DNA of 64,000 bases from NCBI RefSeq assembly GCF_009914755.1, contig NC_060938.1. One strand, 5' to 3'. Positions 43,820-57,534 of this stretch are shown here, piece by piece. The translations under genes and the position numbers were made by a program. The notes below the pieces were generated by a model. That model saw nothing but the letters and a program-made list of their open reading frames with translations. It searched no databases and was not told where the DNA came from. This DNA is from the human T2T-CHM13v2.0 reference genome, Homo sapiens. How positions within the stretch are numbered: position 1 is the stretch's first letter; each line of letters begins with the position of its first letter.

Positions 43820-43960
43820 ACCTGTGCATTCCTCATTGTAGCACCTATTTTTAAGGCTTCCCTATCTGAGTCAGCTCAGTCTTTGATGTGGGAGGAAAGG
43901 GATATAGGCAGAGCTGATGGTTATGTGATGTTATTTTGTCACTCAGTTTAGTAAACAATG
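43820..43960. promoter_or_regulatory. Candidate enhancer (TEAD, MEF2, GATA, AP-1/MARE, TCF/LEF, FOX/SOX motifs)
   Basis: Six motifs in 140 bp of apparently unique DNA; motif-only evidence. Confidence 0.45.
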
Positions 43961-44699
43961 CCTTTCGTAGTTTTTACCTAAACCACCTTCTTATTTTTTA
44001 TGGCATCCTGATGAGCTGCATTTCATTGCAGGGTCCTCGGTGTAACTGATGGGATGTTAACATATCTGCACCTGCAGAGGGAAGTCATGTGGGTGAGGAG
44101 AGTAGGCAAGGGACTCTATAACACTGCCCCAGCGAACAGCTCCAGATTTCCCTTCTGACAAAGAGAGGGTATTTGTAATGTAGCCTCTAATGCAGCCAAA
44201 GAAACATGCTGACCTTCTTCTTGGATTTTACATTCACCCTTTCCTGAAGAATGTGAATAAGTGGAAGCAAAGACAAATAAATCCTAATTTCAAAATATAT
44301 CTAGAATTTTTAGCTCCCCTCTCACAGCTTTTAAAATAAAAACTTACTTGCCAGATTACTAAATTGTACCTGTGACAACAGAAAAATGAATGTCAGCAGA
44401 GCAAGCTGTGTTGTACCAGCAGACAGTTGGCTGCTGCACGTATATTCCTGTGCCTCTGAACGGTCTTGCTTCACATCCTCTGCCCTCAGCCTTGTGAGAC
44501 TGTAGTGAGCACATGACTGTGCCAGACAGGGGTGAACTTGTGCTTTCTAATGACGAATCCAGCTGTTTTGATTCTGTCTTCTCTGCTGGAGTTCGTGGGC
44601 TTCATTCTCAAAGAGAATAATCTAGGTAAACCCTGACTCCCGTTTCTGGATACCAGACTACTTTGATACAGTAAGTACAAAATTGAAGATGGCAATTTG

Positions 44700-44780
44700 A
44701 AATATGTTATGTGTATATATAAATACACACATATATCTATATATACATACACACACACACATATATATGTATATATATAT
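44700..44780. repeat. (TA)/(CA) low-complexity tract
   Basis: Read directly. Confidence 0.85.
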
Positions 44781-45020
44781 GAACCACACCCCCAACTCTA
44801 CAAAATTTTCATTTCTCCTTTCCAAGAATAGAATCCCCCTACTTTCTGAAGCAAAAGTAAGACCAAACGGCTTGGCATTTACAGATATACTCAGAGGGAC
44901 AACAGAACAGGGTGTGTGAAATGGGAATGCCACAGTGAATTACTGATGGAACCTAGATGAACTCACGACATTTCTTATACCCCCTCCAGAGATTTACTAA
45001 GAACAAGAAATGAGTACATG

Positions 45021-45655
<635 letters not shown>

Positions 45656-47139
45656 TGAGTACATGGGTTAACCCTTGTCCACCCCAGGGACCCAACTCCC
45701 CACTGTGCTTGGAAATGGGAAATAAAGCAGGAAGAGTCCCTGTTATTTACCGGTGGCAAGACTCTGGCCAGAATTGTTAAGCAAGAGCAAAATTGGCTGC
45801 TTTGGATATTCGTTCCTTCCTTTGGAGATGGTGCCTTCAGGAAAATTATCAGAACTTGCATAGAAGAGAAATAAAGAATGATGAGCTGTTGGGTTAACCC
45901 TGGATACTCAGCCTCAACGGAAGGGGTAGGGAGTCCTGGATTGTGCTAGACACCAAAGGAGGGAGCCTGTAGTTCTCATCCCGTTCTGTGCTAGGAGACC
46001 ACATGGACCAATGAGCCAAAACTCTTGGAATAGGTGGACTAAGTAGATGCTTAAGCAATGTGATTTGAGAGCGACCCGTCTTGCCAAAGCTGCATCAGTC
46101 CCCTAACTCTGAGTGCCTGGAATTCTGACTTTCAGAGTACCACTTTTAGGCTAAGGCATTATTGACAGAAGATCCCTTTGAACTCAAATCTGTACCCTGG
46201 AAATATGATGTATTTTGTTATTAGATCCCATTTTCTCAGATTATTCTACAAAACACTTTAGCATTTCCTTAACAGAGTCTGGGAAACAGGATACTCTGAA
46301 ATCAAGGAACATGGGACTGGTAAACTTTGATTATGTTGGAAAGGTAGAGACCAAAATCTACTTCCAGGGCAGACAGGGATATGAAAGTATTGTTAACAGT
46401 GTGAAGGCTCATCTCTGGAGTGAGTGAAGTGTCAGAAAGAAAAAGAACATTTATAGGGGAGTACATAGGGTGAACCCTGACAGCATGAAATCCAGCCACA
46501 TCTGCCAAATCAAAGATGGCAAGGGGAAGCCCTTCTGTTTCATGGAAAAGCCAATTAATGAGGATGAATTGAAGATAATATTGTAGATCAATTACATGCT
46601 GTAAAATATAATGTACTAGCTTTTCCATATGGCTATAGACTATGGTTCATGAAATTTTTCAGTAAACAACAGTTTGCCTTCCTTAGAGTCTCAGGCAATA
46701 ATGAGTCTTCTCCATTCTGGTTTTATTTTAAAACTAAACTATTGTCGATAATTAATTAATGGTATTCTAATGTAAACAGAATATAAGTTTCACAATCTTG
46801 AATTTATTTTTCCTCTTCTTTGGGGTATGTAGGGTTTTACATATTTTGGTTTGTGCTTATGGAAAAATGTTTTACTTCTGCTGTTGAAATCATAGCCACC
46901 CGCTGTTTTCTATAGTTATGAAATATTATAAGTCTTGTCACTTGCAGAACTAATGTTCCCACTGAGATGCCTCTCTAGCCTTTTTGATTAAAAAGCAGCA
47001 ACAGCAAAAGACACAGCCTGGGACTGAGTGACCTATTATTTTTGTGTCTCATTTGGTCACAGTAATTCTCAACCCATGCTTCACATCAGAATGAACTATG
47101 CAGTTTTTTGGAATTGTGGAATTTCCAAGAGGAGAGCCT

Positions 47140-47140
<1 letters not shown>

Positions 47141-47176
<36 letters not shown>
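47141..47176 (+). repeat. (GT)18 microsatellite within a MER5-like remnant
   Basis: Read directly. Confidence 0.95.
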
Positions 47177-47179
<3 letters not shown>

Positions 47180-47999
47180 GGTATGTGTGAAATTCCACAG
47201 GAAATCTGATACGTAGCCAGAATCAAGCACCCTCACATTACTGATTTCAGGGAATATTGCACTGTGAACCGTGTAAGCCTGAGGTTGGGAGGTGATTTAA
47301 ATTCTATTATAAGCTGATACTTACTATCTAAGACCCTGTCAAATGATCATATCAAAATATTTTGTGTTCATTGCTCTCTCTGCCTGATTGTTTCTCTGAT
47401 ACTTACATGAAAATTAGAAAAAGTGTACTCCTTCGTAAGTTTACCCATGTGGCTGAGTGTCATCAATAATGACTTTGTGTAGCTTTATGTATGGGAGGAA
47501 GTGTTTTGCATCCTGAGGGTGGTGGCCTGAGCTGTGGCTGAGTCTCAAGGCTCATGGTTAAGCAGTGACGCTTCTGTGGCCTGTGAATACCACTTGCAAT
47601 GTGGACACATTGGTGGGTGAGAGTTACTCTGAGCAGAGCCCCACCGCCTGGTTCAAAAGTTCATGGGCCCAGAAAGAGCAATGATAGTGTAGAGACTCAA
47701 GAGAAAAGCTGTTTTTCACACAAGAGCATTCAGAGAAGCCATGCAATGACCAGCTCATCCAAGGCAGACAGCACCCCGCATGTATACGTGGGGTCCTCAG
47801 ATCTGCTGCTCTGTTGTTGCAAGTTTATACATCACACAGATGCCTCCCCACTTAGGAAAAACTGCATCGCATTTAACTAACACATGTAAATATTCATTTT
47901 ATAAATATGCAATTTTATAGGAGCCTGATTGCAATGTGTCAAAGAGGGCATTTGCTCATGAAGCAATGTTACCTATGATGTGCATAATCATTCACACAT

Positions 48000-48710
48000 T
48001 TTTTGTACCATGTGGTAAATACAGCAACAGACATTATCTAATGTGTGCCACAGAATGCACTAGGTGATATGGGAGCTGGGAGATCATCACACATGCATTC
48101 TACCATAGAGAGCTTATCTTATGTTTAAAAAAATGAAATATATGCATACATAACTAGAATGCAGGGCAGAATATGGCACATGCCACACAGTACAATGGAA
48201 GTACTTCGCTATTTCAGCATAAGGAGATTGACCCTAGCTAAAGGCAATTAGGAGTCGCTCCCTGGAGGAGACAGCATCCGCCCTTCATTTTGAAGGCTAT
48301 ATAGGATTTGGACAATGCAGAGTTTAGGGGAGGGACCAGATGTGGAGGCTTTCCAGGCAAAAGGAACAGGAGTGAGCAGAGGCCTAAGATGGAGACCTAG
48401 AGCCTACAGCACGTTTGGCTGGAATGCAGAATGTGTAACGAGGAAAGGCAGCTCTGCCACCCTGTAGAAGGCCATCCTGGTCAATGACTCAGCTTCTCTG
48501 TGCCCCAGTTTTTCATCTGTAAATGGGGATAATGGTGCCTACTTGATAGGGCTGTGTGATGAATGAATGAGCTAATATATACAAACTACTTAAAACATTC
48601 CTTGGTGCATAGTAAGTGTTCTATAAATGTTCAATCCAAGTTATTAAAGAAGGGGGTAAAGAAATTCCAAGACCAGATGATCTCTAAGATGGTTCCAATT
48701 CCAAGGTCTA
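48000..48710. mobile_element. L2 (-) and MIR (+) fragments
   Basis: ttccaggcaaaaggaacag (L2); ctctgtgccccagtttttcatctgtaaatggggataat (MIR). Confidence 0.65.
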
Positions 48711-49294
48711 GCACTCAGGGCCACTGAGAGTTCTGACTGGTCTCTGAGGGTGGAGTGCAGCGCCCAAGGCTGCCTTGCCATTAAACCTGATGACAGTTTG
48801 GAGAAGTGTGGGAAGAGACTGAGGCCTGGAAACAAGGATGATTCAAAACAGATGCAGACGGCTGCCCCCCAACCATCCATTTTTGCTGTTAATATGAATA
48901 TGGAATTTGAAGAAAAGGGCAAGAAGCCATTTTATGCTATTCCCTGATTTCTCCCCAGTGGAAAATTCCCTATTTTGAATTGCTTTCAACTGTCTTTTGT
49001 GTTTTCATTGACAATGAAATTATTTAAAAAGAATGAGAGAAAAACAGCTTTGCTCCAGAGAGGAGAAAAAATTAAAGAAAACTAATTTCTCCCCCTAGCC
49101 CCCAAAAAACCAAACCAGAAATTAACATTATAATCTATAATCACAGACACAGAAAGTGGTCCCAAGAGCCAAACCTCCTCCATTCCCTTCCTGCAGAAGC
49201 ACCCCAAGTGTGATTGAGAATAAATGAAGGGAGTTGTCAGGGTATGGGGTGAATATCAGTCTGACTGCTTATTGTTGCATGTCATTGCCTTTCT

Positions 49295-50592
49295 TCTTTC
49301 TAAAATAATTTTAACTTTTATTTTAGATTCATGGGGTACATGTACAAGTTTGTTAAGTAGGTATATTGTGTGATGCTAAGGTTTGAGATATGAATGATCT
49401 CATCACCCAGGTAGTGAGCACAGTACCCAATAGGTAGTTTTTCAGCCCTTGTCTCCTTCCCTCTCTCCCCATTCTTGTGGCCTCCAGGGTCTACTGCCGC
49501 CATCTTTATGTCCATGAGTACCCAGTGTTTAGCTCCCACTTATCAGTGAGAACATGTGGTATTTGGTTTTCTATCTCTGGGTTACTTCACTTAGGTTGCA
49601 TCCATGTTTCTCAAATAACATTATTTCATTATTCTTATGGCTGTGTAGTATTCCATGGTGTATATATAACACATTTTCTTTATCCAATCCACTGCTGATG
49701 GGCACCTAGGTTAATTCTGTCTTTGCTATTGTGAATAGTGCTGCACTGAACATACAAGTGCATGTGTCTTTTTGGTAAAATGATTTATTTTCTTTTGGAT
49801 AAATACCCAGTAATGGTATTACAGGGTCAAATGTAGCTCTGTTTTAAGTTCTTTAAGAAATCTCCAAACTGCTTTCCACGGTGGCTGGACTAATTTACAT
49901 TCCCACCAGCAGTGTATAAGCATTCACTTTTCTCAGCAGCCTTGCCAGTATCTGTCTTTTTTTTTTTTTTTTTTTTTTTAGTAATAGCCATTCTGACTGG
50001 TGTGAGGTGGTATTTCATTGTGGTTTTGCTTTGCATTTCTCTGATTATTATGATGTTGAGCATTTTTTCTATGTTTGTTGGCTGCTTATATGTCATCTGA
50101 TCTTCAACAAAGTTGACAAAAATAAGCAATGGGAAAAGGACTTCTTATTCAATAAATGGTGCTGGGATAGCTAGCTATCCATATGCAGAAGAATGAAACT
50201 GATCCCCTCCCTTTCACCATATACAAAAATTAACTCAAGATGGATTAAAGATTTAAACGTAAGGCCACAAAGTATAAGAATTCCAGAAGAAAACTTAGGA
50301 GACACCATTCTGGGCATTGACCTTGGGAAAGAATTTATGACTAAGTTCTCAAAAGCAATTGCAACAAAAACAAAAATTGGCAAATAGGACCTAATTAAAC
50401 TGAAGAACTTCTGCACAACAAAAGAAACAATCAACAGAGTAAACAGACAACCTATGAAATGGGAGAAAATATTTGCAAGCTATATATCCAGCAAAGGTCT
50501 AATATCTAGAATTCATGAGAAACCTAAACAATTGAACAAGCAAAAAGCAATTAACCTCATTAAAAAGTGGGCAAAAGACACAAACAGACTTC
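49295..50592 (-). mobile_element. 5'-inverted L1 (L1PA15/16 to L1PB-like): 3' part on -, 49295-50097; inverted part on +, 50094-50592
   Basis: ORF2 peptides on both strands ([13 protein letters not shown] on -; [19 protein letters not shown] and WEKIFASY on +); TSD tcattgcctttct. Confidence 0.93.
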
Positions 50593-53309
50593 TCATTGCC
50601 TTTCTAAGGCAGGCACAGGTTTCCTTAGTTCTGGCTCTTTTTTCTTCAAGCTTTGTAGCCAGGTTCTGAATGAATACCACCCCCCAGGTAAAATTCCTTG
50701 TTAAATGCTGAAACACATACCTTTGAGAACCTCTCACTTCTCTGTAAATGGTTCTTTTTGCATCTAGTGTGGCCTCTGAGTGTACCCATGGAGGCTCCTG
50801 GGTCCTCAGAGTCTGGACGGGGAGCCAGGAGTCCTGGCCTCTATTTCAGCTCCCGACGGCCAACCTGGGCTTCAACCACAGCACAGACTCCTGACTACTC
50901 CCACCCAAAAAGAGTTGTTGGAAGACTTGAAATCACAGATCTGAGAACTCCTGCACTTTGTAAATTCAAGATGACATTGTTACTGTTCTAATTTTTTTAA
51001 AATTACAGCACTCTCACTTTTTCTCCAAAAAAGGTATAAACAAGAAGATAGTTTGACTTGTTTACCTAAAGCTCTCCTTTGAGTTGCCAAGAGGAGTTAG
51101 TTACTTGAACACAGACACAGAAATACGGTCGATAGCAAAATAAGATATGCTGAGCTCAGGAGCTTAATTTTTTTCCCTTCATTGAGTAACATTTCAGAAA
51201 AGCACCAGTAATTGGAACATAATTTATTTATCAACAGGAATTCAGAATACTCCCTTGCAGTTGATTTTGGAAATCCATGTGACCCTAGCAGAGTGCTATA
51301 ACCAAGGTGAGAAAGGCTAGAAACAGACGTAGAATTACAATTACCAAAGGGAGAAGAGTTCACTGTGAATATTTAACACACACTGGCATTTGGCCACTAA
51401 ACTCTGGGTCTTCCTTCAAAGTTCCTGACATACCCATTTATAAAGGAGGTTAATAATCCCTTTGTACCTACACCCCCACAGTTACAGCTAAATAACAATT
51501 TTCATGATAAGCCTTTATTTTTCTGCAACTTAGAATTTAAGGCAGCAATTTCATCTACAATGTTTAAGCCCAGAATTTATTTTTGGCCTTTTCAAAAGAA
51601 AGTTGTACCCATTTAACTTCGCCTGGCAATATAAGCGAAAAATGTTTTTAAAAGTACAGATTTTAATTAACTAGGCAATTTGCCTTTCTCTGAACAATCA
51701 AACCCTGGCCATTGCCAAAGGCAGGAAGCCAGACTAAGCAGAACCATGGTTAGATACAGGGAGGCAATGTCAAGGGCTTGCAGCAAGCAGCAGTTGCCCA
51801 TAGCCTGGGTTAGTAATATGCATATTATTTTAATATCCTATTAGCACTTGGCTTTGAAATGAAAATTGGGTGACTAAAGACAAAGATTTTTGGGCAGCAA
51901 TTTTTAGAACATAGAGGTAAGATGTGTTTTTCACCACTTGCTTTAAGAAGCACCCTGATGCCCAGATGTTGACCTTTAAGCTACCTCTCCTAGCTCTGGG
52001 GTTTCCTGGCATTTCATGGGCAGACCTGTCCCCCAGCATCCACTATGCTTTGGGTAGAGCTGAGCTCCAGCTTTTGAAGCCTCTGGTCAGGGTTGGATGA
52101 ATGGCAAGCAAACACTGCCACAAGAGAAAACCTGCTGGCTGGCAGCCCCTGGGTCAAAGCTTGTTTTAGTTTCCCGAGACCACCTTTCTATGAGACCTCA
52201 GAGAAGGGTTTTACTGCCCCAGGGGTGTAGGATGTGATTTTTAGGAAAAAAGACTCCTGCAATTTCAAGTCTGGGTAACTTATCTTTCTTTGCCTACCTG
52301 GTGAGAGGATACCTTTGCAGGAAATGCTGTCACATCAACCCTCCATTGCCCTATTTCTCTTTGCCTGTCCAAGGGTTACCTTGGAATTAGTGGTGAAACT
52401 TCCAGGTTCAGTCATATGCTAAAGGACTCATGAATGCATTTTGTTTGGAGCTTTACAAATCTCTAGAAATTTAGTAAATGGCTCAAGAACTCCCTCTAAG
52501 CTCAAGTTGTTTAAATTTTATTTTTCTTTTTATCATTTATGCACAAGTAAAACCATGAAGTAGTGACTTCAACTGGATAAAAGGCTTAAGACCCTGAGGA
52601 TATTGTGAAGCCATTATCCATGAGAGGAAGAAGGCGAGGTCCTATGTCTACCAACATGCAGACAAATGTCCCTGACTGCCTAGGCTTGGTAACATTGAGC
52701 AATTATTTTTGTCCTTATCATAATTTAGTCATTTAATTTCTTTATCATTTTCTTGGCAGTTAATAGCCTCTGATTTGAATTTTTATTTTTTCTTGTACCA
52801 CAGTTGTTCTGCCTCCCTGATTAGATTGTAAGCACCAGTAGATAAGTCATCTTAGCCTACTTGGCAAGCCTTATAATACCAAAATCAACTTCCTAAATGA
52901 AGAGCTGGGTATCCAGCCACTCAAAAATGTTTTCCCCCACATTCCGTTAGCCTCACTGGTGGTACATGTTCTTTTAAATGGAAATTCTCAAAGGGAGAGT
53001 TGATCCCCACTAATCACTCTTTAATGTGAATTAATTCAGTCAGATAATCAGATGCTCCAAGAAATAGAATTAAAGAAAATAGAAGTAATTTTTGAACTTA
53101 TGGAACTCTGGGAGAGGGTGGCCAGCTTACTAGGAAAGGACTTTGGGGTAATCAGGAGTGTATGTCCGTGTATGTGTGTGTGTAAATCCAGGAGAAGGGA
53201 GGGTTGGAAAGAGAATTCTCACAATCCTATAACTTTGTGGCTAGAAACAGATGTAGGCTTATGTCTCTAAGGATGAATGGATGATTTGGAGCAAGAAAGG
53301 ACCAGTCAC

Positions 53310-53603
53310 TTGCTTTTGTATGACACACAGACTAAAGGTAGTTTTCACATTTCTAAATGATTAGAAAATAATCAAAAGAAGAAGACTATTTTATGACACA
53401 TGAAAATTATATGAGAATCACATTTCAGGGTCTATAAATAAAATTTTGTTGAAACATGGCCATGCTGATTCATTTATGGATTGTCTATGGCTGCTTTTGT
53501 GCTATGATGGCATGGCTGAGTAGTTTTGACAGAGACTGTATGGCCCAAAAAGCCTAAAATATTTACTACCTGCCCCTTTACAAGAAAAGCCTGTCAACTA
53601 CTG
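53310..53603. mobile_element. MER58B-like hAT-Charlie element
   Basis: gtctatggctgctttt...gacagagactgtatggccca...aagcctaaaatatttacta. Confidence 0.85.
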
Positions 53604-53839
53604 ATTTAGAGCAAAGTGTTTGTTTCTTTTTCACTTTCATGCATTTGGGTGAACAGTTTTTTAACACTTATAAAATATTTCTTCCCTTTCATAAAATATT
53701 AGAATATACAGAGATAATTACAGAGATGTTTATCCCAATATTATTAACATTCAAAGAAACAAAACTTCATGCTAACCATGTGGTACTGGTGAAATTATGG
53801 TATAGCTATACAATTGATTGCTGTGGAATAATTTATTGG

Positions 53840-54199
53840 TGCTATGGTCTAAATATTTGCATCACCTCAAAATTCATGTGTTGAAATCCTAACTCCCAAG
53901 GTATTAGGAGATGGGGTTTTTAGGAAGTGATTAAGTCAAGAGGGCTGAGCCCTCATGAATGAGATTAGTGCCCTTATAAAAGAGACTCCAGAGAGCCAGC
54001 CAGCTCTTCCACCACATGTGGATACAGCAAGAAGCTACCATCTACCAACCAGAACTCCAGCCCTCACCAGACACTGAATATGCCAGCACCTTGATATTGG
54101 ACTTCCCAGCGCCCAGAACTATAGGAAAAAAATTTCTATGGTTTATAAGCCACATAAGTTTATGATACTTTGTTATAACTGCCTGAATGGACTAAGACA
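53840..54199 (+). mobile_element. MLT1A-type solo LTR within an L1ME-like remnant
   Basis: tgctatggtct start, gactaagaca end, 360 bp, 5-bp TSD attgg/agtgg. Confidence 0.88.
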
Positions 54200-54529
54200 A
54201 GTGGCATAAAAACTGTTTCCAGTTTTAACTCTTTATACAACATGAACCCATAAAAAATGTTTCAATCAAAAATATCATCAAAAAGCCATACCAACTTTCA
54301 GATATGTTGTATCTGAGTGGTGGATTGCAAGTGATTTTTTTTTTCTTCTTTTTGCTTCTCTGTATTTCTTGAATGGTTTACAGTGAACAAATACTACTTT
54401 TATAAAAAGGAAAAATACATAACGAAAAACTTTCCTTTGATACTAGAGATGGTTAGAAAAAAATAGAACAAAATTATAATATGTTAGATATTTTTTCATC
54501 CTTCCCTAAGGTAAAAATGTTCTCCTGGG

Positions 54530-54770
54530 AGACAGTGGAGCAAGGGCCTTGGCATCAAACTGCTCACTGGGGTTGAGAAACCAAGACTGCCAGTCACTAG
54601 TTACGTAACCTGGACTGAAGTGCTTGCTATCTCTGAACCTCAGTTTTCCGAGTTCTCAAATAAGGAAAATAACATCCTCTTAGGGCTTCTTCAAGCATTA
54701 AATAAAATCATACATAGAAAACAACTAACTCACATGGTGACAGGCACATAAGCACTAAAAAAATGACTAA
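54530..54770 (+). mobile_element. MIR
   Basis: atctctgaacctcagttttcc core. Confidence 0.6.
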
Positions 54771-55735
54771 TTTTCAACATATTTTATGTAGAATATTTGC
54801 CATACGATGTCCTGCCTTCCACGGTAATTTCTCTTGTGATACAAAAAAAAAAAAAAGTCCCTAAGATGAAATACATGGAGTGAGGAGCAGAGGAAGGTGA
54901 GGGAGTGAGTATCAGAGCAGTGAGGAGACAGATGCCAACTATCCTGAGCATAATGGAAAATGGAGCAGTTCAGAAGAGCCACTGGCTTTGTCATTTGGTC
55001 AGGAAGCTTTCATTACTACTTGCAATAGTGAGAGACCGCTAGATTGCTGGGTGGGGGCAGAATGTCTGCATGTGTGTGATGGTGCAGGTCTGGGAGGAAA
55101 ATTTTTCCAACAGTTCACAGTATAGTTCCACAGTTTTGAGCACCCATTGCGTGAAAAGCACCGGAGATTCCAAGATGTGTAAGATACAGTACATTCCAGA
55201 GTGAGCTCTGGCCTTGTGGTGGGTTGGAAGGAATCGCTTTGGAGTAAGGCATTGAGCAATCACTTGGAATGCTACTTACTTGAACTGGAAACTATGCTTT
55301 CCAGATTATTATCATTATTATTATTAGTGTGCTTTCAAGATTATTATTTGAAGGAATTCACAGCAAGAAGGAAGATTCTTACTAAAATACTATTAAAATC
55401 TTCATGTTTTGCAGAAATCATTGGATATAATTGGGCCAGAAATAAAAAGAAACACTAAAAAAACTAATGATAAGTTGGGGGAATAGATGCTAAGAGCTTA
55501 AGAGAATGGGAAGAGGTGAAGAGAAAGTTCTATGGCCCATTGTATTTCTTCCACCAGATGCCAAGGAGCATCCCTTGGGTAGAACAACGTCAACTAGAAA
55601 CTCTGAAGTGTGCCATATTCTTTTCATCCTCCTTGTCTATCTTCTTGTCCAGGGAATACTAACTACTCCAAGAGTTCATTTTCCACCTTTATACTCTTCC
55701 AGGCCCTCTCCACGCCTCTGTACTCCCAACCTCCT

Positions 55736-55797
55736 CAGGGGCCATGCTAATCTCTGTATCATTTCAATTTTAGTATATGTGCTACCAAAGTGAGCAC
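55736..55797 (-). pseudogene. 3'-truncated U6 snRNA pseudogene (U6 nt 1 to ~65)
   Basis: Reverse complement gtgctcactttggtagcacatatactaaaattgaaatgatacagagattagcatggcccctg. Confidence 0.92.
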
Positions 55798-56036
55798 TGC
55801 TTACTCTTAATACTGGCACAAGTGAATATATTCCAGTCCTGAGATTATATCGTTGAAGTGTAATGGCCTATGCGAGCTGTGATCTCAAGATACATGAGGG
55901 GTAAAACAAACAGAAACCAACCAAAACAACACCATTGCTTTGTGAAGTTCCCTGTATCTCTACCCCTGCCTGGCCACCCATCTAATTTGTTACATAGTCA
56001 TTACTTTTTTATGCTATTTACTTCTCTGCAGGTTTC

Positions 56037-56281
56037 TTTTTTTTTTTTTTTTTTTTATTGATCATTCTTGGGTGTTTCTCACAGAGGGGGATTTGGCAGG
56101 GTCATAGGACAATAGTGGAGGGAAGGTCAGCAGATAAACAAGTGAACAAAGGTCTCTGGTTTTCCTAGGCAGAGGACCCTGGGGCCTTCCGCAGTGTTTG
56201 TGTCCCTGGGTACTTGAGATTAGGGAGTGGCGATGACTCTTAACGAGCATGCTGCCTTCAAGCATCTGTTTAACAAAGCAC
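56037..56281 (-). mobile_element. 5'-truncated SVA (SINE-R 3' end plus poly-A)
   Basis: Poly-T joined to attgatcattcttgggtgtttctc...gcatctgtttaacaaagcac, the SVA terminus. Confidence 0.92.
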
Positions 56282-57139
56282 TTTACATATATTTGCATTA
56301 CATTATTTATTCCAATTTTAGGATGGGTTTGAAGAGGATGGGTTTGAATTTGCTACATCAAATAAGGGAAAGAAATCATTCTTTCTTAATGTCTCCACAC
56401 GTGAAGTATTTGGAGTCCCTATAATTATGTTGCTTATGTCTTACCCCAAAAGATGTATGCTCTACTTGAATGTCCCTCGTGAAAATGCTGAGAGAGAATA
56501 TATACCTTAAAAGGCACTTCAGGGAGGTGTCATGCCCCCATCTGCAGAAATGGCACCCAGCAGATCAAGACTATACAGGATTAGCTTTCTATTGGATCTG
56601 GAATATGACTCTTTCTATCATTGGAAATGGTATGTGCAAATGTTGCTAACAGGATGTGGGCTATACATTTTGAGACCTGTTGAAAGAGAAGGCAACCAGA
56701 GTCACAAGATATCACTTTATTCATCTGTAAAGGGAATTCAAGTGGTCATATCAGGAAGAGCTGTACCCCCGAGTCTCAGAACTTGTGTCCTTCCTACTGC
56801 TGAGGCTGGATACACTGAACCCACTCCACTTTATTACTCAGGCTCCATGCTGTTGTCTTCAGAGGGTCAGAGAAATTGGTGTCTTAATTGAAAATTGATA
56901 ATGCAGCCAGAAGTATGATGGGTTAGTTTCTGAGGCTAGAGAAAGTGTGTTCTCTCCAGGGTAAGGTAAGCGTTATCCTTTGCCATGCCTGTGCATCACA
57001 GTGAGATGCCAGGAAGTTCTAGGGGGGTGGGTGTAGTCAAGAATGTGACATCAAGTCTTCAAGCACTTGGTAGCATCTCCTTGGCCTTCTGGCATGGGGA
57101 AAGAATGATCCATTCCACACAAATGTCCTCACACTCACC

Positions 57140-57330
57140 AACTCACACACAGCCAGTAATACACATGGACAAACATTCAGAAATACACAGGCACAGCCAT
57201 ACGTACAACAAGCACACATATTAATGTATATACACAGTCACACATACAAATATGCACATGCCCACACATATAAGCACATATATGTGAGACACATGCACAT
57301 CCTCACATACACATGCACATATGTACACCC
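57140..57330 (+). repeat. (CA)-rich low-complexity tract
   Basis: Degenerate acacat/acac units. Confidence 0.8.
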
Positions 57331-57534
57331 CTGCTGGGCACTCTGCAGGCCTTTTCCAAGGAACAATCTCTAGTCCCCAGCCCTCTCCCATCACCTCTGT
57401 CCTAATGATGCTCTGACCCTGGGATAATACTTAGGTGACCCTGGCTCTCCTGGGCTCAGTCCATGAATTATTTCTATCCCAATAGCTCTAGGATTGAGTG
57501 TCTGAAATGAATGCTGAAAAGCAGGGAGGTTGCA

